Assembly: GCA_964560005.1 (NCBI GenBank)
Contig: CAZLKB010000001.1
Span: 221,216-285,215 of the forward strand
DNA: 64,000 nucleotides
Reading direction: 5' to 3'
Source: an uncultured Gammaproteobacteria bacterium
GTDB taxonomy: Bacteria; Patescibacteriota; Patescibacteriia; Patescibacteriales; GWC2-42-12
Of this stretch, positions 1-9,530 are shown piece by piece. How positions within the stretch are numbered: position 1 is the stretch's first letter; each line of letters starts with the position of its first letter. The notes under the pieces are model-generated. The model was not told where the DNA came from, searched no databases, and saw only the letters and a program-made list of their open reading frames with translations. The translations under genes and the position numbers were made by a program.

Positions 1-360
1 AAAATAATCGGAAAAAATCAGCGGGCGGGGAACGGTCAAATCGCTTTGGCCGAATCCCAGCCGCCATAAAAACGACAAAGCGGCGAAAGAATCTTCTCTG
101 GGTTCGCTGGAATGAGCCGTGCAGTAGATCGGCAGTTCAACCGTTTGCCCGTCACCAGCCGAAAAAGTAGTCGCGAACCTTATAACTACATGGTAGGTCG
201 GCGCCCAGGTTTCATCGGGTCTGGGCGACCAGACCTGTTTTTTCATCGGAATAATTTTTATTTTTTTTATCTTCTTAAAGCCGGGGTAGAGCGGCAAAAT
301 TTCCCGGTTAAACAGATTCATTACATAAGCTTGATCAAACAGATTTAGTATTTTATTCAT
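1..360 (-). CDS. hypothetical protein, N-terminal 120 codons (ORF continues past left edge)
   Basis: Hand translation of the minus strand from ATG at 360-358 gives MNKILNLFDQAYVMNLFNREILPLYPGFKKIKKIKIIPMKKQVWSPRPDETWAPTYHVVIRF..., open to position 1. It starts 6 nt after the upstream GH57-like stop. It is absent from the ORF track because no stop lies in the window. Confidence 0.45.
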   Translation of the reverse strand, partial: MNKILNLFDQAYVMNLFNREILPLYPGFKKIKKIKIIPMKKQVWSPRPDETWAPTYHVVIRFATTFSAGDGQTVELPIYCTAHSSEPREDSFAALSFLWRLGFGQSDLTVPRPLIFSDYF

Positions 361-366
361 ACGGTT

Positions 367-1569
367 TTATTTTTTCCAGTAGTGATTCCAATGCTCATGC
401 CAAATTAACTGTTTAATTTTTAGGTAAAGTTTTTCAGCCGCCATTTTAGCCTGTTTAGTGTCTAGTCCGGCTAAAGAGCGGATACTTTTGATTAATTCGT
501 TAGTACCCCGCTCAATTTCATCAGGATTCCAAGAAATGGAGCTGAACAGTTTAAAATCGCGCGCTGAAGCCCACCAAAAAGTACAGCTGGCCAAGCCCCT
601 GTCCAGATGATGCCTGGCCCAGGAATAATTTGCGTCGTCTTGGTGCCGGTTAACCGTAGCTATGGCCAGATGGGCCAGTTGCCAGAGTTTTTTTTGAATT
701 TTATTTTTGTTATTCTGCCAAAGGATGAAAGGCTTGCCCCGTTTTAATTCATTGGCCGTGGACTCCCAAGAAGAGGCGAGCGGTTTTAATTCAACTTTTT
801 CTTTTAAGCCTGATAGAAATTCACTTACCGTTAAGGTTTCTAGGCGATGGGACTTAAGCAATTTTTCGAAATCAGAGGCAAAATCATGATGCCTTAGGCC
901 GTAGAGTTCGGCGTCAGTGATGGTTGGGGCAACGCCGTGGTAGTTCCGGCCGATTAAATCCGCCATCGCCCTGGGCACATAGCTTCTTGACCATAATCTT
1001 TTGCGGAAGAAAATTTTAAGACCGGATTTTTTGTCCAAGTATAATTTATTTAAATCTAATTTATTCAGCTTGCCATAGGCTGAAATTTCGTCCAAAGCAA
1101 TCCATTTATAGCCAAAATCGGCTATTATTTTAGCGGCCAGAGCGTTATAGGCCAATTCCGGCATGAAGAATCCTTGAGTTTTTAAATTTTTTCCAAAATA
1201 TTTTTTCAATATTGTCTGGTTTATTTTTATATTTCTAATTACTTCTTTTTTCGGTATGAGAGGCAGAATTTGATGGAAAGCCGCAGTGCCGGTAATTTCA
1301 ATTTGCTTCTTGCGCTCCAGCGATTTTATGTCAGCTATTAAATTATGATAGCCAAACTGGTTTAGTTTTTCCAGAAGGCAGCCGGCTAAGTTAAAAGTAA
1401 ATTTAATATGAGGATTTTTTTTCAGAGCGCGGATAATTCTTTTGTAGCTCATCTCCACCGCCTCAATCACCGTTTCCTTATCGGCTGTCGGCGGTTGGTA
1501 AAAATGCATCAGGTTGACCCAGGTTATTCGGTTATTTTTGCTTGGTGTTTGCTTGGTGTTTGGTTTCAT
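367..1569 (-). CDS. glycoside hydrolase family 57-like protein (alpha-glucan metabolism)
   Basis: 400-aa ORF with an N-terminal ..WVNLMHFYQPP.. (HxxQP-type) motif typical of GH57. It lies immediately downstream of glgA on the same strand. Confidence 0.6.
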   Translation of the reverse strand: MKPNTKQTPSKNNRITWVNLMHFYQPPTADKETVIEAVEMSYKRIIRALKKNPHIKFTFNLAGCLLEKLNQFGYHNLIADIKSLERKKQIEITGTAAFHQILPLIPKKEVIRNIKINQTILKKYFGKNLKTQGFFMPELAYNALAAKIIADFGYKWIALDEISAYGKLNKLDLNKLYLDKKSGLKIFFRKRLWSRSYVPRAMADLIGRNYHGVAPTITDAELYGLRHHDFASDFEKLLKSHRLETLTVSEFLSGLKEKVELKPLASSWESTANELKRGKPFILWQNNKNKIQKKLWQLAHLAIATVNRHQDDANYSWARHHLDRGLASCTFWWASARDFKLFSSISWNPDEIERGTNELIKSIRSLAGLDTKQAKMAAEKLYLKIKQLIWHEHWNHYWKK

Positions 1570-1574
1570 AAAAA

Positions 1575-3044
1575 TTATTTATTTTCCTTTATGGCTTTTC
1601 GGTACAGCGCCACATATTTCTTCGCCGGTATCTCCCAGTTGTTTGATTCTTTCATCGCCTTAACTATAAGCTGGTTCCAAGAAATTTCATGTCGGTAGTT
1701 TTCCAAGGCTCTAACAATCGTAGCAAATAATGAATAATGGTTAAAAGCGGAGAAGCTAAAACCATTGCCCCTGGCAGTCTTGGGATTATAGTTTGTGACC
1801 GTGTCCTGGAGCCCGCCGACCCGCCGGACAATCGGAATGCAACCGTAGCGCATGGCAATCAGCTGGTTGATGCCGCAAGGCTCGTGATATGATGGCAGCA
1901 GAAATATATCCGCGCCGGCATAAAGCAAGGTTTCCATTTTCTGGTTTTCATTAAAAGACAGCCATGATATTTTTTTAGGATAACGCTTGGCGAATTTTTT
2001 AATTTCATTGATATATTGTTTATCGCCGTCGCCCATAAGAATCAATTCTAAATCAAGATGCAGCAGAGGCTCAAGAATTTTTATAATCAACTCAAATCCC
2101 TTCTGAAAAGTTACCCGGGAAGTCAAGGCAATAACCGGCAAATCGCGGTCAACTTTTAATTTCAGTAATTTTTGCAGGTGTTCCTTGTTTAATATTTTAT
2201 TGCTGATTTTACCGAAGTCATAATTTTTGAATAAACCCGGGTCATTTTGCGGGTTATAGGTGGCGTAATCAATGCCGTTAATTATGCCGAATAGTTTGTT
2301 TTCCCGGTTTCTAAGAATTAAGTGCAAGTCTTGTCCGAACTTTGTGGTCATTATTTCTTCGCGGTATTGTTCGCTGACCGTATTAATAATATCGGCGTTC
2401 ATAATCGCCCGTTTAGCGAAATTTACATATTCAATATCAGGATCGGTAATATGCGGCAGTCTGTTTTTTCCATAATCCTTTTTTTCTAAAGGCACGCCCC
2501 ACCAATCGTGGCCCAGTTGAAAGGCTAAATTATGAATAGTGAAAATAGTTTTGGCTTTGCGCAAGGTTTCCGAATATTTAAAATCGGTTTTTAGGTAATA
2601 AGGTATCAGGCCGGTATGCCAGTCGTGGCAATGAACGATGTCAGCCTCATATTTTAAAAGCGAAATTAATTTTAGCGCCGCCACATTAAAGACCAGAAAA
2701 CGCACATTTTCCTGGGTTGAACCGTAGAGGTTTTTATGGGCGGAAAAATATTTTTTATTTTCAATAAAATAAATCGGCAAATCTTTTATTAAATAACCTT
2801 GCCAGACACTAATCAGCACTTTATCAACGGAATTTAAGCTTACTTCAATATTTTCGTAAATTAATTTCAAATTATGCTCTTTAGTATCAATCGTCTGCCC
2901 GTAGAGCGGAGTAATTACAATGACTTCATGCCCCAGCCTCTTTAAGGCTTTGGGCAGGCTTTTGGCCACATCCGCCAAGCCGCCGGTCTTAGAAAACGGA
3001 GCCACTTCGGCGGCGATGGAAACAATTTTTAATTTTTTAGCCAT
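1575..3044 (-). CDS. glgA: glycogen/starch synthase
   Basis: The N-terminus KIVSIAAEVAPFSKTGGLADVAKSLPKAL is the classic GlgA KTGGL motif. Length is 489 aa. Confidence 0.9.
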   Translation of the reverse strand: MAKKLKIVSIAAEVAPFSKTGGLADVAKSLPKALKRLGHEVIVITPLYGQTIDTKEHNLKLIYENIEVSLNSVDKVLISVWQGYLIKDLPIYFIENKKYFSAHKNLYGSTQENVRFLVFNVAALKLISLLKYEADIVHCHDWHTGLIPYYLKTDFKYSETLRKAKTIFTIHNLAFQLGHDWWGVPLEKKDYGKNRLPHITDPDIEYVNFAKRAIMNADIINTVSEQYREEIMTTKFGQDLHLILRNRENKLFGIINGIDYATYNPQNDPGLFKNYDFGKISNKILNKEHLQKLLKLKVDRDLPVIALTSRVTFQKGFELIIKILEPLLHLDLELILMGDGDKQYINEIKKFAKRYPKKISWLSFNENQKMETLLYAGADIFLLPSYHEPCGINQLIAMRYGCIPIVRRVGGLQDTVTNYNPKTARGNGFSFSAFNHYSLFATIVRALENYRHEISWNQLIVKAMKESNNWEIPAKKYVALYRKAIKENK

Positions 3045-3198
3045 AGTATTTAATAAACTCTAAATTCAAAATCCTAAATTCTAAACAAATTCAAAATTTA
3101 AATATTCCAAACAAGATGCGTTGGCATTCGCTTTGAATTTAGAATTTTAATCATTTGGATTTGTTTAGGATTTACCTGCCTGCCGGTCGGCAGAGATA

Positions 3199-3699
3199 TT
3201 AGAATTTAGGATTTATCAGGCTGTTGACGGCACAGATTGCGATAGCCAGGGCATCGGCCGCATCATCGGGTTTCGGCAACTCTTTTAGATTTAAAATCAG
3301 CTTAACCATTTTTTGTACTTGGTTCTTGTCCGCGTGGCCATAGGCCGAAACCGCCTGTTTAACCTGATAGGGGGTGAATTCTACGCTGTTAATTTTATTG
3401 AGTTTAGCCGTTAGCACCACCACGCCTCTGGCTTGGCCGACGATTAGCGCGGTTTTAGCGTTATTGCAGAAAAACAACTCTTCAATGGCAATCAGATCCG
3501 GTTTGTATTTTTTGATGAGCGCGGCAAGTTTTAGATTGATAATTTCCAGGCGGTCGCCCAGCTCGGTTTTAGCCGAAGTTTTTATTGAGCCGTAAGTTAG
3601 GCAGGTTAATTTATTATTCTCAATTCTAATCAGACCGTAGCCGGTATCGGCGATTCCCGGATCAATTCCGAGGATGAGGTTGGAAGTTTTTTTTGTCAT
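3199..3699 (-). CDS. ruvC: crossover junction endodeoxyribonuclease RuvC
   Basis: ILGIDPGIADTGYGLI N-terminus, IAIEELFF and DAADALAIA motifs; 166 aa. Confidence 0.9.
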   Translation of the reverse strand: MTKKTSNLILGIDPGIADTGYGLIRIENNKLTCLTYGSIKTSAKTELGDRLEIINLKLAALIKKYKPDLIAIEELFFCNNAKTALIVGQARGVVVLTAKLNKINSVEFTPYQVKQAVSAYGHADKNQVQKMVKLILNLKELPKPDDAADALAIAICAVNSLINPKF

Positions 3700-3716
3700 T
3701 TATGATCATCTAGTTC

Positions 3717-3902
3717 GGCTGAACAAGAATTTTAATTTTTCCACCCGCTTTCGCGAGTGCTAAAGGCCGACGAAATTTGGGTATTTTTTCTTAAAATTAT
3801 TCAATTAGGTAAAGACCGAAATAGCTAATGGTGAAATTGAATAATTTAAGAAAAAATTACTACAATTTCGCATGTGCTCAAAACTAAAATTCTTGTTCAG
3901 CC
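3717..3902. repeat. family-A long hairpin element, copy 1
   Basis: Outer 18-bp inverted repeat ggctgaacaagaatttta / taaaattcttgttcagcc. The core (gacgaaatttgggtattttttcttaaaattattcaattaggtaaagaccgaa ... caatttcg..gctcaaaac) is shared with 39278-39474 and 43841-43954. Confidence 0.8.
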
Positions 3903-3922
3903 AAAAAGTGCGTTTAAAGTGT

Positions 3923-4648
3923 TTATAGGCTTATATTAGTATAATAATCCGTGATATCTTCGTTACTATCCAGCGTATCTATAAATTTTTGAAATTTTTC
4001 TTTTTCCTCATCTTTCAATTGGCTGTGCTCTTTGGCGACATGTTCAATGTCGGCTGATTCGGTCTTTAGGCTCTTGCTCTCTATGAATTGTTTAACTTTT
4101 TGCAGGTCTTCAGGCTTGGTGTAGATCGTGGCGCCGTCGCTTTCTTTTTTAACATCTTGGGCGCCGGCATCAATTAATTCCAGTTCAAAATCATCGTTGT
4201 TAATCAAGCCTTTGCTTTGAAGTTCTTCGGCGGTTATTAAAATCACACCCTTTAGTTCGAAGTTCCACATAACTGATCCCAGAGAGCCGCCGGCATCGGC
4301 GAAGAGATGCCTAATTTCCGCCGCCGTCCGGTTTTTATTATCGGTTAAGCACTTAACAATAAACTGCGATTTAGCCGGGCCGATGCCTTCATAAGTTAAT
4401 TCCTCGATTTGCGCCCCGGCCAGTTCGCCGGTGCCGCGCTTAATGGCTCGTTCAATATTTTCTTTAGGCATGTTGGCCTCTCTAGCCTTCTCCATAGCCA
4501 TGCGCAGACTAAAATTGGTCGTCGGATCGCCGCCTTTCTTAGCCGCAATAGTAATCAAATTGCCGTATTTGGTAAAAATAGCTCCTTTCTTAGCGTCAAC
4601 GATGGCTTTTGATCTCTTGGTTGTGGCCCACTTGGAGTGTCCTGACAT
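3923..4648 (-). CDS. YebC/PmpR family DNA-binding transcriptional regulator
   Basis: MSGHSKWATTKRSKAIVDAKKG is the canonical YebC start. ATG at 4648 is preferred over the upstream ORF-track start. Confidence 0.9.
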   Translation of the reverse strand: MSGHSKWATTKRSKAIVDAKKGAIFTKYGNLITIAAKKGGDPTTNFSLRMAMEKAREANMPKENIERAIKRGTGELAGAQIEELTYEGIGPAKSQFIVKCLTDNKNRTAAEIRHLFADAGGSLGSVMWNFELKGVILITAEELQSKGLINNDDFELELIDAGAQDVKKESDGATIYTKPEDLQKVKQFIESKSLKTESADIEHVAKEHSQLKDEEKEKFQKFIDTLDSNEDITDYYTNISL

Positions 4649-4871
4649 AATAAAAATCTCAAACCTCAAATGTCAAACTTATAATTTTTTAACTTAAGTT
4701 TTTAGCTAAATTATTGAGATTTGAGCTTTGACTTTATAGTTAATTATATGATTAGAATAGCATAAAAGGCTATTAAAAATCAAGCCTTTGTTTTATTAAA
4801 ATAATTCAGCGCCAGTCTATTTATAAGACCGGAAAAAATGTGCTATAATTAAAGTATAATTTAAAATAACA

Positions 4872-5957
4872 GTGAATATGATTAATAATTTAGATGAGCA
4901 AAAAGTATATAAAAAGTTTGACACGAACAAGGTTGCCGAGTCGATAGAGTCTTTGGCTTCGCAGATGGAGCAGGTTTTAGAACAAGCGAATTCAATAAAA
5001 TTACCCAAAGAATTCAGCTCGGCGACTCAGGTCGTGGTTAATGGCATGGGCGGTTCAAATATCGGCATTGGTTTAATTAAGGCGGCCTTAAGCGATCAGA
5101 TTAAGGTGCCGATCACAATTACTCCGGGCTATCAGGTTCCGGCCTCGGTTCAAAAAAATACTTTATATTTGCTGTCATCGTATTCGGGCAGCACCGAAGA
5201 AGTTCTTAGCGTCTACGCGGAAATTAAAAAGCGCGGCGCTAAAATTATGGCGATCTGCGAGGCCGGGGATAATCAGCTGGCGCGGCTGATGAAGCGAGAG
5301 AATATCCCGGGCTTTAATTTTAAGCCGGATAATAATCCCAGCGGCCAGCCCAGACTGGGTCTCGGGTATTCGGTTTTAGGCGTTGCCATGCTGCTGGCTC
5401 GGGCTGGCTTAGTGGAAATTAAGTCAGGAGAGATAGAAAAAATAATCACTAATTTAGCGACTTGGGGAGCAGAACTGTTACCGGTTAAATCAGCTAAGAC
5501 GAACCAGGCCAAGCAAGTAGCGCTAAAACTATATAATAAGATACCGGTGATCGTGGGCGCGGAATTTCTAGCCGGCAATATAAAAGTTTTAAGAAATCAG
5601 TTTAATGAAACCAGTAAGAACTTCTCCTGTTTTTTGGAATTACCTGATTTGAACCACTTTGCTTTGGAAAGCTTAACTAATCCAAAGAGTAATAAGGTTA
5701 ATTTGATTTTCTTTTTTATTGATTCGGGGTTTTATCATCCGCGGGTTCAAAAACGATCCGACCTGACCAAGCAAATTGTCAAGAAAAATAAGATTAATTA
5801 TGTTGAGTATAGCTTAATCGGCGGTTCTAAGTTTGAACAAGCTTTTGAGATGCTTCAGTTCGGTTCCTGGGTGACATATTATCTGGCCATGTTGAACCGG
5901 GTGAATCCGGTTAAAATTCCCTGGGTAGAGTGGTTTAAGAAGGAGTTAGGGGGTTAA
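4872..5957 (+). CDS. bifunctional phosphoglucose/phosphomannose isomerase (SIS domain)
   Basis: 361 aa with the SIS-type pattern VVVNGMGGSNIG ... LLSSYSGSTEE. Size and layout match archaeal/bacterial PGI-PMI. Confidence 0.7.
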   Translation: MNMINNLDEQKVYKKFDTNKVAESIESLASQMEQVLEQANSIKLPKEFSSATQVVVNGMGGSNIGIGLIKAALSDQIKVPITITPGYQVPASVQKNTLYLLSSYSGSTEEVLSVYAEIKKRGAKIMAICEAGDNQLARLMKRENIPGFNFKPDNNPSGQPRLGLGYSVLGVAMLLARAGLVEIKSGEIEKIITNLATWGAELLPVKSAKTNQAKQVALKLYNKIPVIVGAEFLAGNIKVLRNQFNETSKNFSCFLELPDLNHFALESLTNPKSNKVNLIFFFIDSGFYHPRVQKRSDLTKQIVKKNKINYVEYSLIGGSKFEQAFEMLQFGSWVTYYLAMLNRVNPVKIPWVEWFKKELGG

Positions 5958-6076
5958 TTCGCTACTAGCTGAGATTCAGGGGAAAAGAAAGAGAGGTACT
6001 AATAAATAATTAGCGTTAATATTATAAAACTCGGCCATCTCTTGGCCGAGTTTTTTGTTCTAAAATAAAAGGCTAT

Positions 6077-6775
6077 TTACTTAAAGGCTTTAAATATCGG
6101 GCCGTACATATCTTCTTTAATATTTATCTTGAGCTCGTTTTTGTATATTTTATGGCAATACTCAACCGGGGCTTCAGAAATTATGGCCAGGGGTTGTTTT
6201 TCATCGCCTTCTCCCATCAGAAGAACCGCGGCCGTGGCTAAACTGTCCGCCACATCAACCCGGGAATATTTAAACGGCCGTCCGAAAATGTCCAGTTGGC
6301 GCCGGTATTCTTTTAACCCCTTAAAGCCGGCGTAACCCAAGGCCAGGCCGGTAATGCCGGCGCGCAAAGGCAGGCAGCGGCTATCGGTGATGATGACGCC
6401 AAAGTTTTTTAGATTATGTTTTTTCCTAAAGTAGTTTCTTATTTTTGCGGCCGCCTCAAAACTGTTTTTCGGCAGTAAAATAAGCTTGCCGTCGGCGTTC
6501 GATTCGTCAATTCCGGCGTTAGCTAAGATCTGACCGTCTTTGATAGTTAAGTAAACGAATTTAGAGGGTAAGACAAAATCACTTTCCCGCTTGATAATTT
6601 TATATTTGTTTTTTTCGTTCACTTTGGCTCTGAGGCGGCCTTCGGCTAAAGCCACTATTTTTGAAGTTACAACTAAAATGGTTTTTTCTTTAATTCTTGG
6701 CAGATAGCCGGCAATGAACCGCAATAGATTTTCTTTAGGACGGAAGATCCTGGTTTTTATGGCTTGGATTTTCAT
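6077..6775 (-). CDS. CofE-like protein (F420-0:gamma-glutamyl ligase family), backbone-composition paralog
   Basis: VVTSKIVALAEGRL, NAGIDESN, VIITDS and ATAAVLLMGEGDE motifs resemble the CofE/FbiB N-domain family. A second, GC-rich paralog lies at 23494-24243. Confidence 0.7.
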   Translation of the reverse strand: MKIQAIKTRIFRPKENLLRFIAGYLPRIKEKTILVVTSKIVALAEGRLRAKVNEKNKYKIIKRESDFVLPSKFVYLTIKDGQILANAGIDESNADGKLILLPKNSFEAAAKIRNYFRKKHNLKNFGVIITDSRCLPLRAGITGLALGYAGFKGLKEYRRQLDIFGRPFKYSRVDVADSLATAAVLLMGEGDEKQPLAIISEAPVEYCHKIYKNELKINIKEDMYGPIFKAFK

Positions 6776-7397
6776 GTTGAAGTAAATATATTCCTATGTA
6801 AGACAGGGGAGTATAGATTAAGCCCATGGCGACTTTATACAACCACCAGGGCAGGCTGATTAAAAGTATGGTTTTGACCGGATAAATGCCGAGAAAGGCG
6901 ACAAACATAAAGATTAAGGAATCAAACAACTGCGACCATAAATTGGACAGATTTGACCTTAGCCAGAAGGCTTTAATCTTCAATCTGTTTCTGAAAAAGA
7001 AAAAAGAAATAACATCTTGGTATTCGGCGATAATATAGGCTAAGAGTGAAGCGATTGACATGCGGAAAGAAACGCCAAAGATGGTGTTGAACGGTTCTTT
7101 AGCCCAGAGTCCGTCCTTAGACCAAGGCAGGGCTATGGCAATTATTGAATAAATTATAAATAGCAAGATGGCTATAAAGCCGGCCCAAACGAAATTCTTA
7201 GCCATTGGCCTGCCGTAGACCTGCCCGATCACATCGGTGGTTAGAAAAACAAAGGGAAAGAAAAAGACCGCCACTGATAAATGGGTGCCGAAGAGAAATG
7301 GCATGAGTTTCAAGCCCAGTGTATTGGAGGCGAACAAGGAAACTAGATAGAGGGTCAGAGCGATGATGATTTTGAAATCTATTTTTACATTTAACAT
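6735..7397 (-). CDS. queuosine-precursor transporter (YhhQ/VUT family) membrane protein
   Basis: Multi-pass membrane protein with FFFPFVFLTTDVIGQVYG, typical of YhhQ/DUF165. ATG at 7397 is preferred because the track start at 7412 is TTG. Confidence 0.7.
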   Translation of the reverse strand: MLNVKIDFKIIIALTLYLVSLFASNTLGLKLMPFLFGTHLSVAVFFFPFVFLTTDVIGQVYGRPMAKNFVWAGFIAILLFIIYSIIAIALPWSKDGLWAKEPFNTIFGVSFRMSIASLLAYIIAEYQDVISFFFFRNRLKIKAFWLRSNLSNLWSQLFDSLIFMFVAFLGIYPVKTILLISLPWWLYKVAMGLIYTPLSYIGIYLLQHENPSHKNQDLPS

Positions 7398-7468
7398 ATT
7401 ACTATAATCCAAGTTTTTAAATAAAAAAAATTTTAAATTCGGTCAGCAACATTTCGTTTAACCTGGTG

Positions 7469-9337
7469 TTATTCCGCGAAATCAAACGGGGAAATCAGTT
7501 GGCCCTTGGCTTCTTGGGCATCCAGCAAACGGCGGCGCTGTTCATGTAAATGGTCAAACAAATTGCGCGGCACGCCGGTTTCCTTATTATAAACCGCTTC
7601 CACGCGCTTTAACCGATCTAGCAGGGCGGCCGTGCGCAGAGAAAAGCCTTTAATATATTCATCTCTTGAGTAATCGCGGGAAAATATTTGCCAAAACAGG
7701 TCACGCAAATCATTATATTTCGGAATAAAGCCGATCGGCGTTTCTAAGGCGGTATAATCGCCGTGAATTCTTCCTTCCATCCATAAGAGCCAGACCTTTT
7801 TATCTACTTTTTGATTTAAAAATCGGCCGTTGTCTTTTAAAAAGTAGTTAGTGGCGAAAATTTTCGGCTGTTTAGCCAGTTTGTCGCCGAATTTTAAATG
7901 GTTTTCCAAATAAGTTCCCAGCGGCACAACCATAAAATCAATATTAGCCATGGGATTATGAGCCATCTCTCCCACCGATCCGACTACCGCGCCGGTCGTG
8001 ACTGATTCTAAAATCGCTCCGATAAAAACTCCGTGCGCCCAAGAGAGCGCTTCAACTACCGGTGGAGAAACATCATAATCCCGGCCGCCGTAAATTATGC
8101 CGGACAATGGCACGCCTTCGGGGTTATCTAAATTAGGATCAACATTGGCTAAATCCTTAATCCGAATAGTATAGCGGGCATTAACATGCGCCGGTTTTAT
8201 TTCTACCCCGTTAGCATCGGTTTGGCCTAGCCGCCATTCGCCGGTGTAATTAACCCCGGACTCGGGTAAATTTCGCCCCATACCCAGCCAGAAAGGCGCG
8301 TCATGGTTGACCAAAATATTGGAAAAGATCACTTCTCTCGGCGTAGTCAGGGTCTGGTATATGAGCGGGTCATCGATTGGATTCACATCCTCAATAATGC
8401 CGAAGATGCCCTGCTCCACATTAGCCGCGTAGGCCAGCCCATCAGCGCCGATTTTCAAATAAGCGATATCGTCGCCGATAATGGTTTGCCCCGGGATCAT
8501 GGCGGTTGAAGTTTTTCCGCAGGCCGAGGGGAAAGCGCCGGTAAAATAAGTGGTGCGATTTTTACCTTCAGTTTTAACGCCCATAACGAACATATGTTCG
8601 CACAGCCAGTCTTCGGCGTGTGATTTTTTTATAGCCAGCCGCAGAGCCAATTTTTTTAAACCTAGCGAGTTGCCGGCGTATTGGGTATTAACGGAAAAAA
8701 CGCGATTAGCTTCCAGATCTATATAGATTCGTTTGGCCGCGGTATTAATTGAGGTTTTGTTTTCGCTTAGCTCTCCGGCCGAATGGATAAAGTGGAAAAA
8801 ATTATTTGCCAGTTTGGCTGACTTAAATTGTTGATAACCATTGCGATAAAGAATAGTTTCAGAGTGAATAACATAGGCTGAATCGGAGAGCTGCATGGCG
8901 CCGATGGCGAAACGGGAATTAACCGGACCAAGCGTAAAAAAAGCCACGAACATTTCCTTGCCCGCCATAATATTTTTAAGTTTTTCCCTGATTTCTAATA
9001 AGCATTCTTCTCGCTCGCCGGTATTAATATGCTGACCCAGGCGCTGACCTTTGGGCAGTAAGACTTTGGTTACCGCTTTGTCGCGTCCCTGGTCGGCTGG
9101 ACCGTCAAAATGATAAGTGTGACCCGGTGTGGCCAGCGGCGTTTCTTCGCCGTTTAATAAAGACTGCTTTTTAACATAGGCTAGGTCATCAGCCGAACCG
9201 TCTATGACAGTAATTTTCGCCGGCCGACAGAGTACGCTATACTCGGCCACAATATCTAAGACAGCCTGGTTATTAAGAGCGGTTAATTTGGCCAGGTTGG
9301 TTTCGTCAATTAAATTGCTGGGGATGTTGTTTTTCAT
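7469..9337 (-). CDS. pckG: phosphoenolpyruvate carboxykinase (GTP)
   Basis: The GAFPSACGKTS kinase-1a motif and overall length match GTP-PEPCK. ATG at 9337 is preferred because the track start at 9379 is TTG and lies inside an inverted-repeat element. Confidence 0.9.
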   Translation of the reverse strand: MKNNIPSNLIDETNLAKLTALNNQAVLDIVAEYSVLCRPAKITVIDGSADDLAYVKKQSLLNGEETPLATPGHTYHFDGPADQGRDKAVTKVLLPKGQRLGQHINTGEREECLLEIREKLKNIMAGKEMFVAFFTLGPVNSRFAIGAMQLSDSAYVIHSETILYRNGYQQFKSAKLANNFFHFIHSAGELSENKTSINTAAKRIYIDLEANRVFSVNTQYAGNSLGLKKLALRLAIKKSHAEDWLCEHMFVMGVKTEGKNRTTYFTGAFPSACGKTSTAMIPGQTIIGDDIAYLKIGADGLAYAANVEQGIFGIIEDVNPIDDPLIYQTLTTPREVIFSNILVNHDAPFWLGMGRNLPESGVNYTGEWRLGQTDANGVEIKPAHVNARYTIRIKDLANVDPNLDNPEGVPLSGIIYGGRDYDVSPPVVEALSWAHGVFIGAILESVTTGAVVGSVGEMAHNPMANIDFMVVPLGTYLENHLKFGDKLAKQPKIFATNYFLKDNGRFLNQKVDKKVWLLWMEGRIHGDYTALETPIGFIPKYNDLRDLFWQIFSRDYSRDEYIKGFSLRTAALLDRLKRVEAVYNKETGVPRNLFDHLHEQRRRLLDAQEAKGQLISPFDFAE

Positions 9338-9375
9338 CAGATTTACGTGCTTAGTAATATTTGATAAAGCAATTA

Positions 9376-9526
9376 GCAAAAATTAGTAATTTTTTCGTTG
9401 CGGAACTCGCTTTTGGTAAGCTATTATAGAACTATTTATCCCTTCTTACGCTTTGTTTTGATGTGAATACCATGAGCTGGCGGTGGCTCAGACAGTCCTC
9501 ACTTCAAAAATTACTAATTTTTGCTA
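9376..9526. repeat. inverted-repeat-bounded intergenic module
   Basis: aaaaattagtaattttt (about 9377-9393) and aaaaattactaattttt (about 9508-9524) are exact reverse complements that enclose about 115 nt between pckG and the aminotransferase gene. Confidence 0.6.
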
Positions 9527-9530
9527 ATTG

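Noticed and set aside
112-348. The 78-aa plus-strand ORF at the left edge.
   Set aside because: The opposite strand carries a 120-codon open frame with a plausible start 6 nt after the GH57-like gene, and with protein-like composition. The plus ORF is most likely its antisense shadow.
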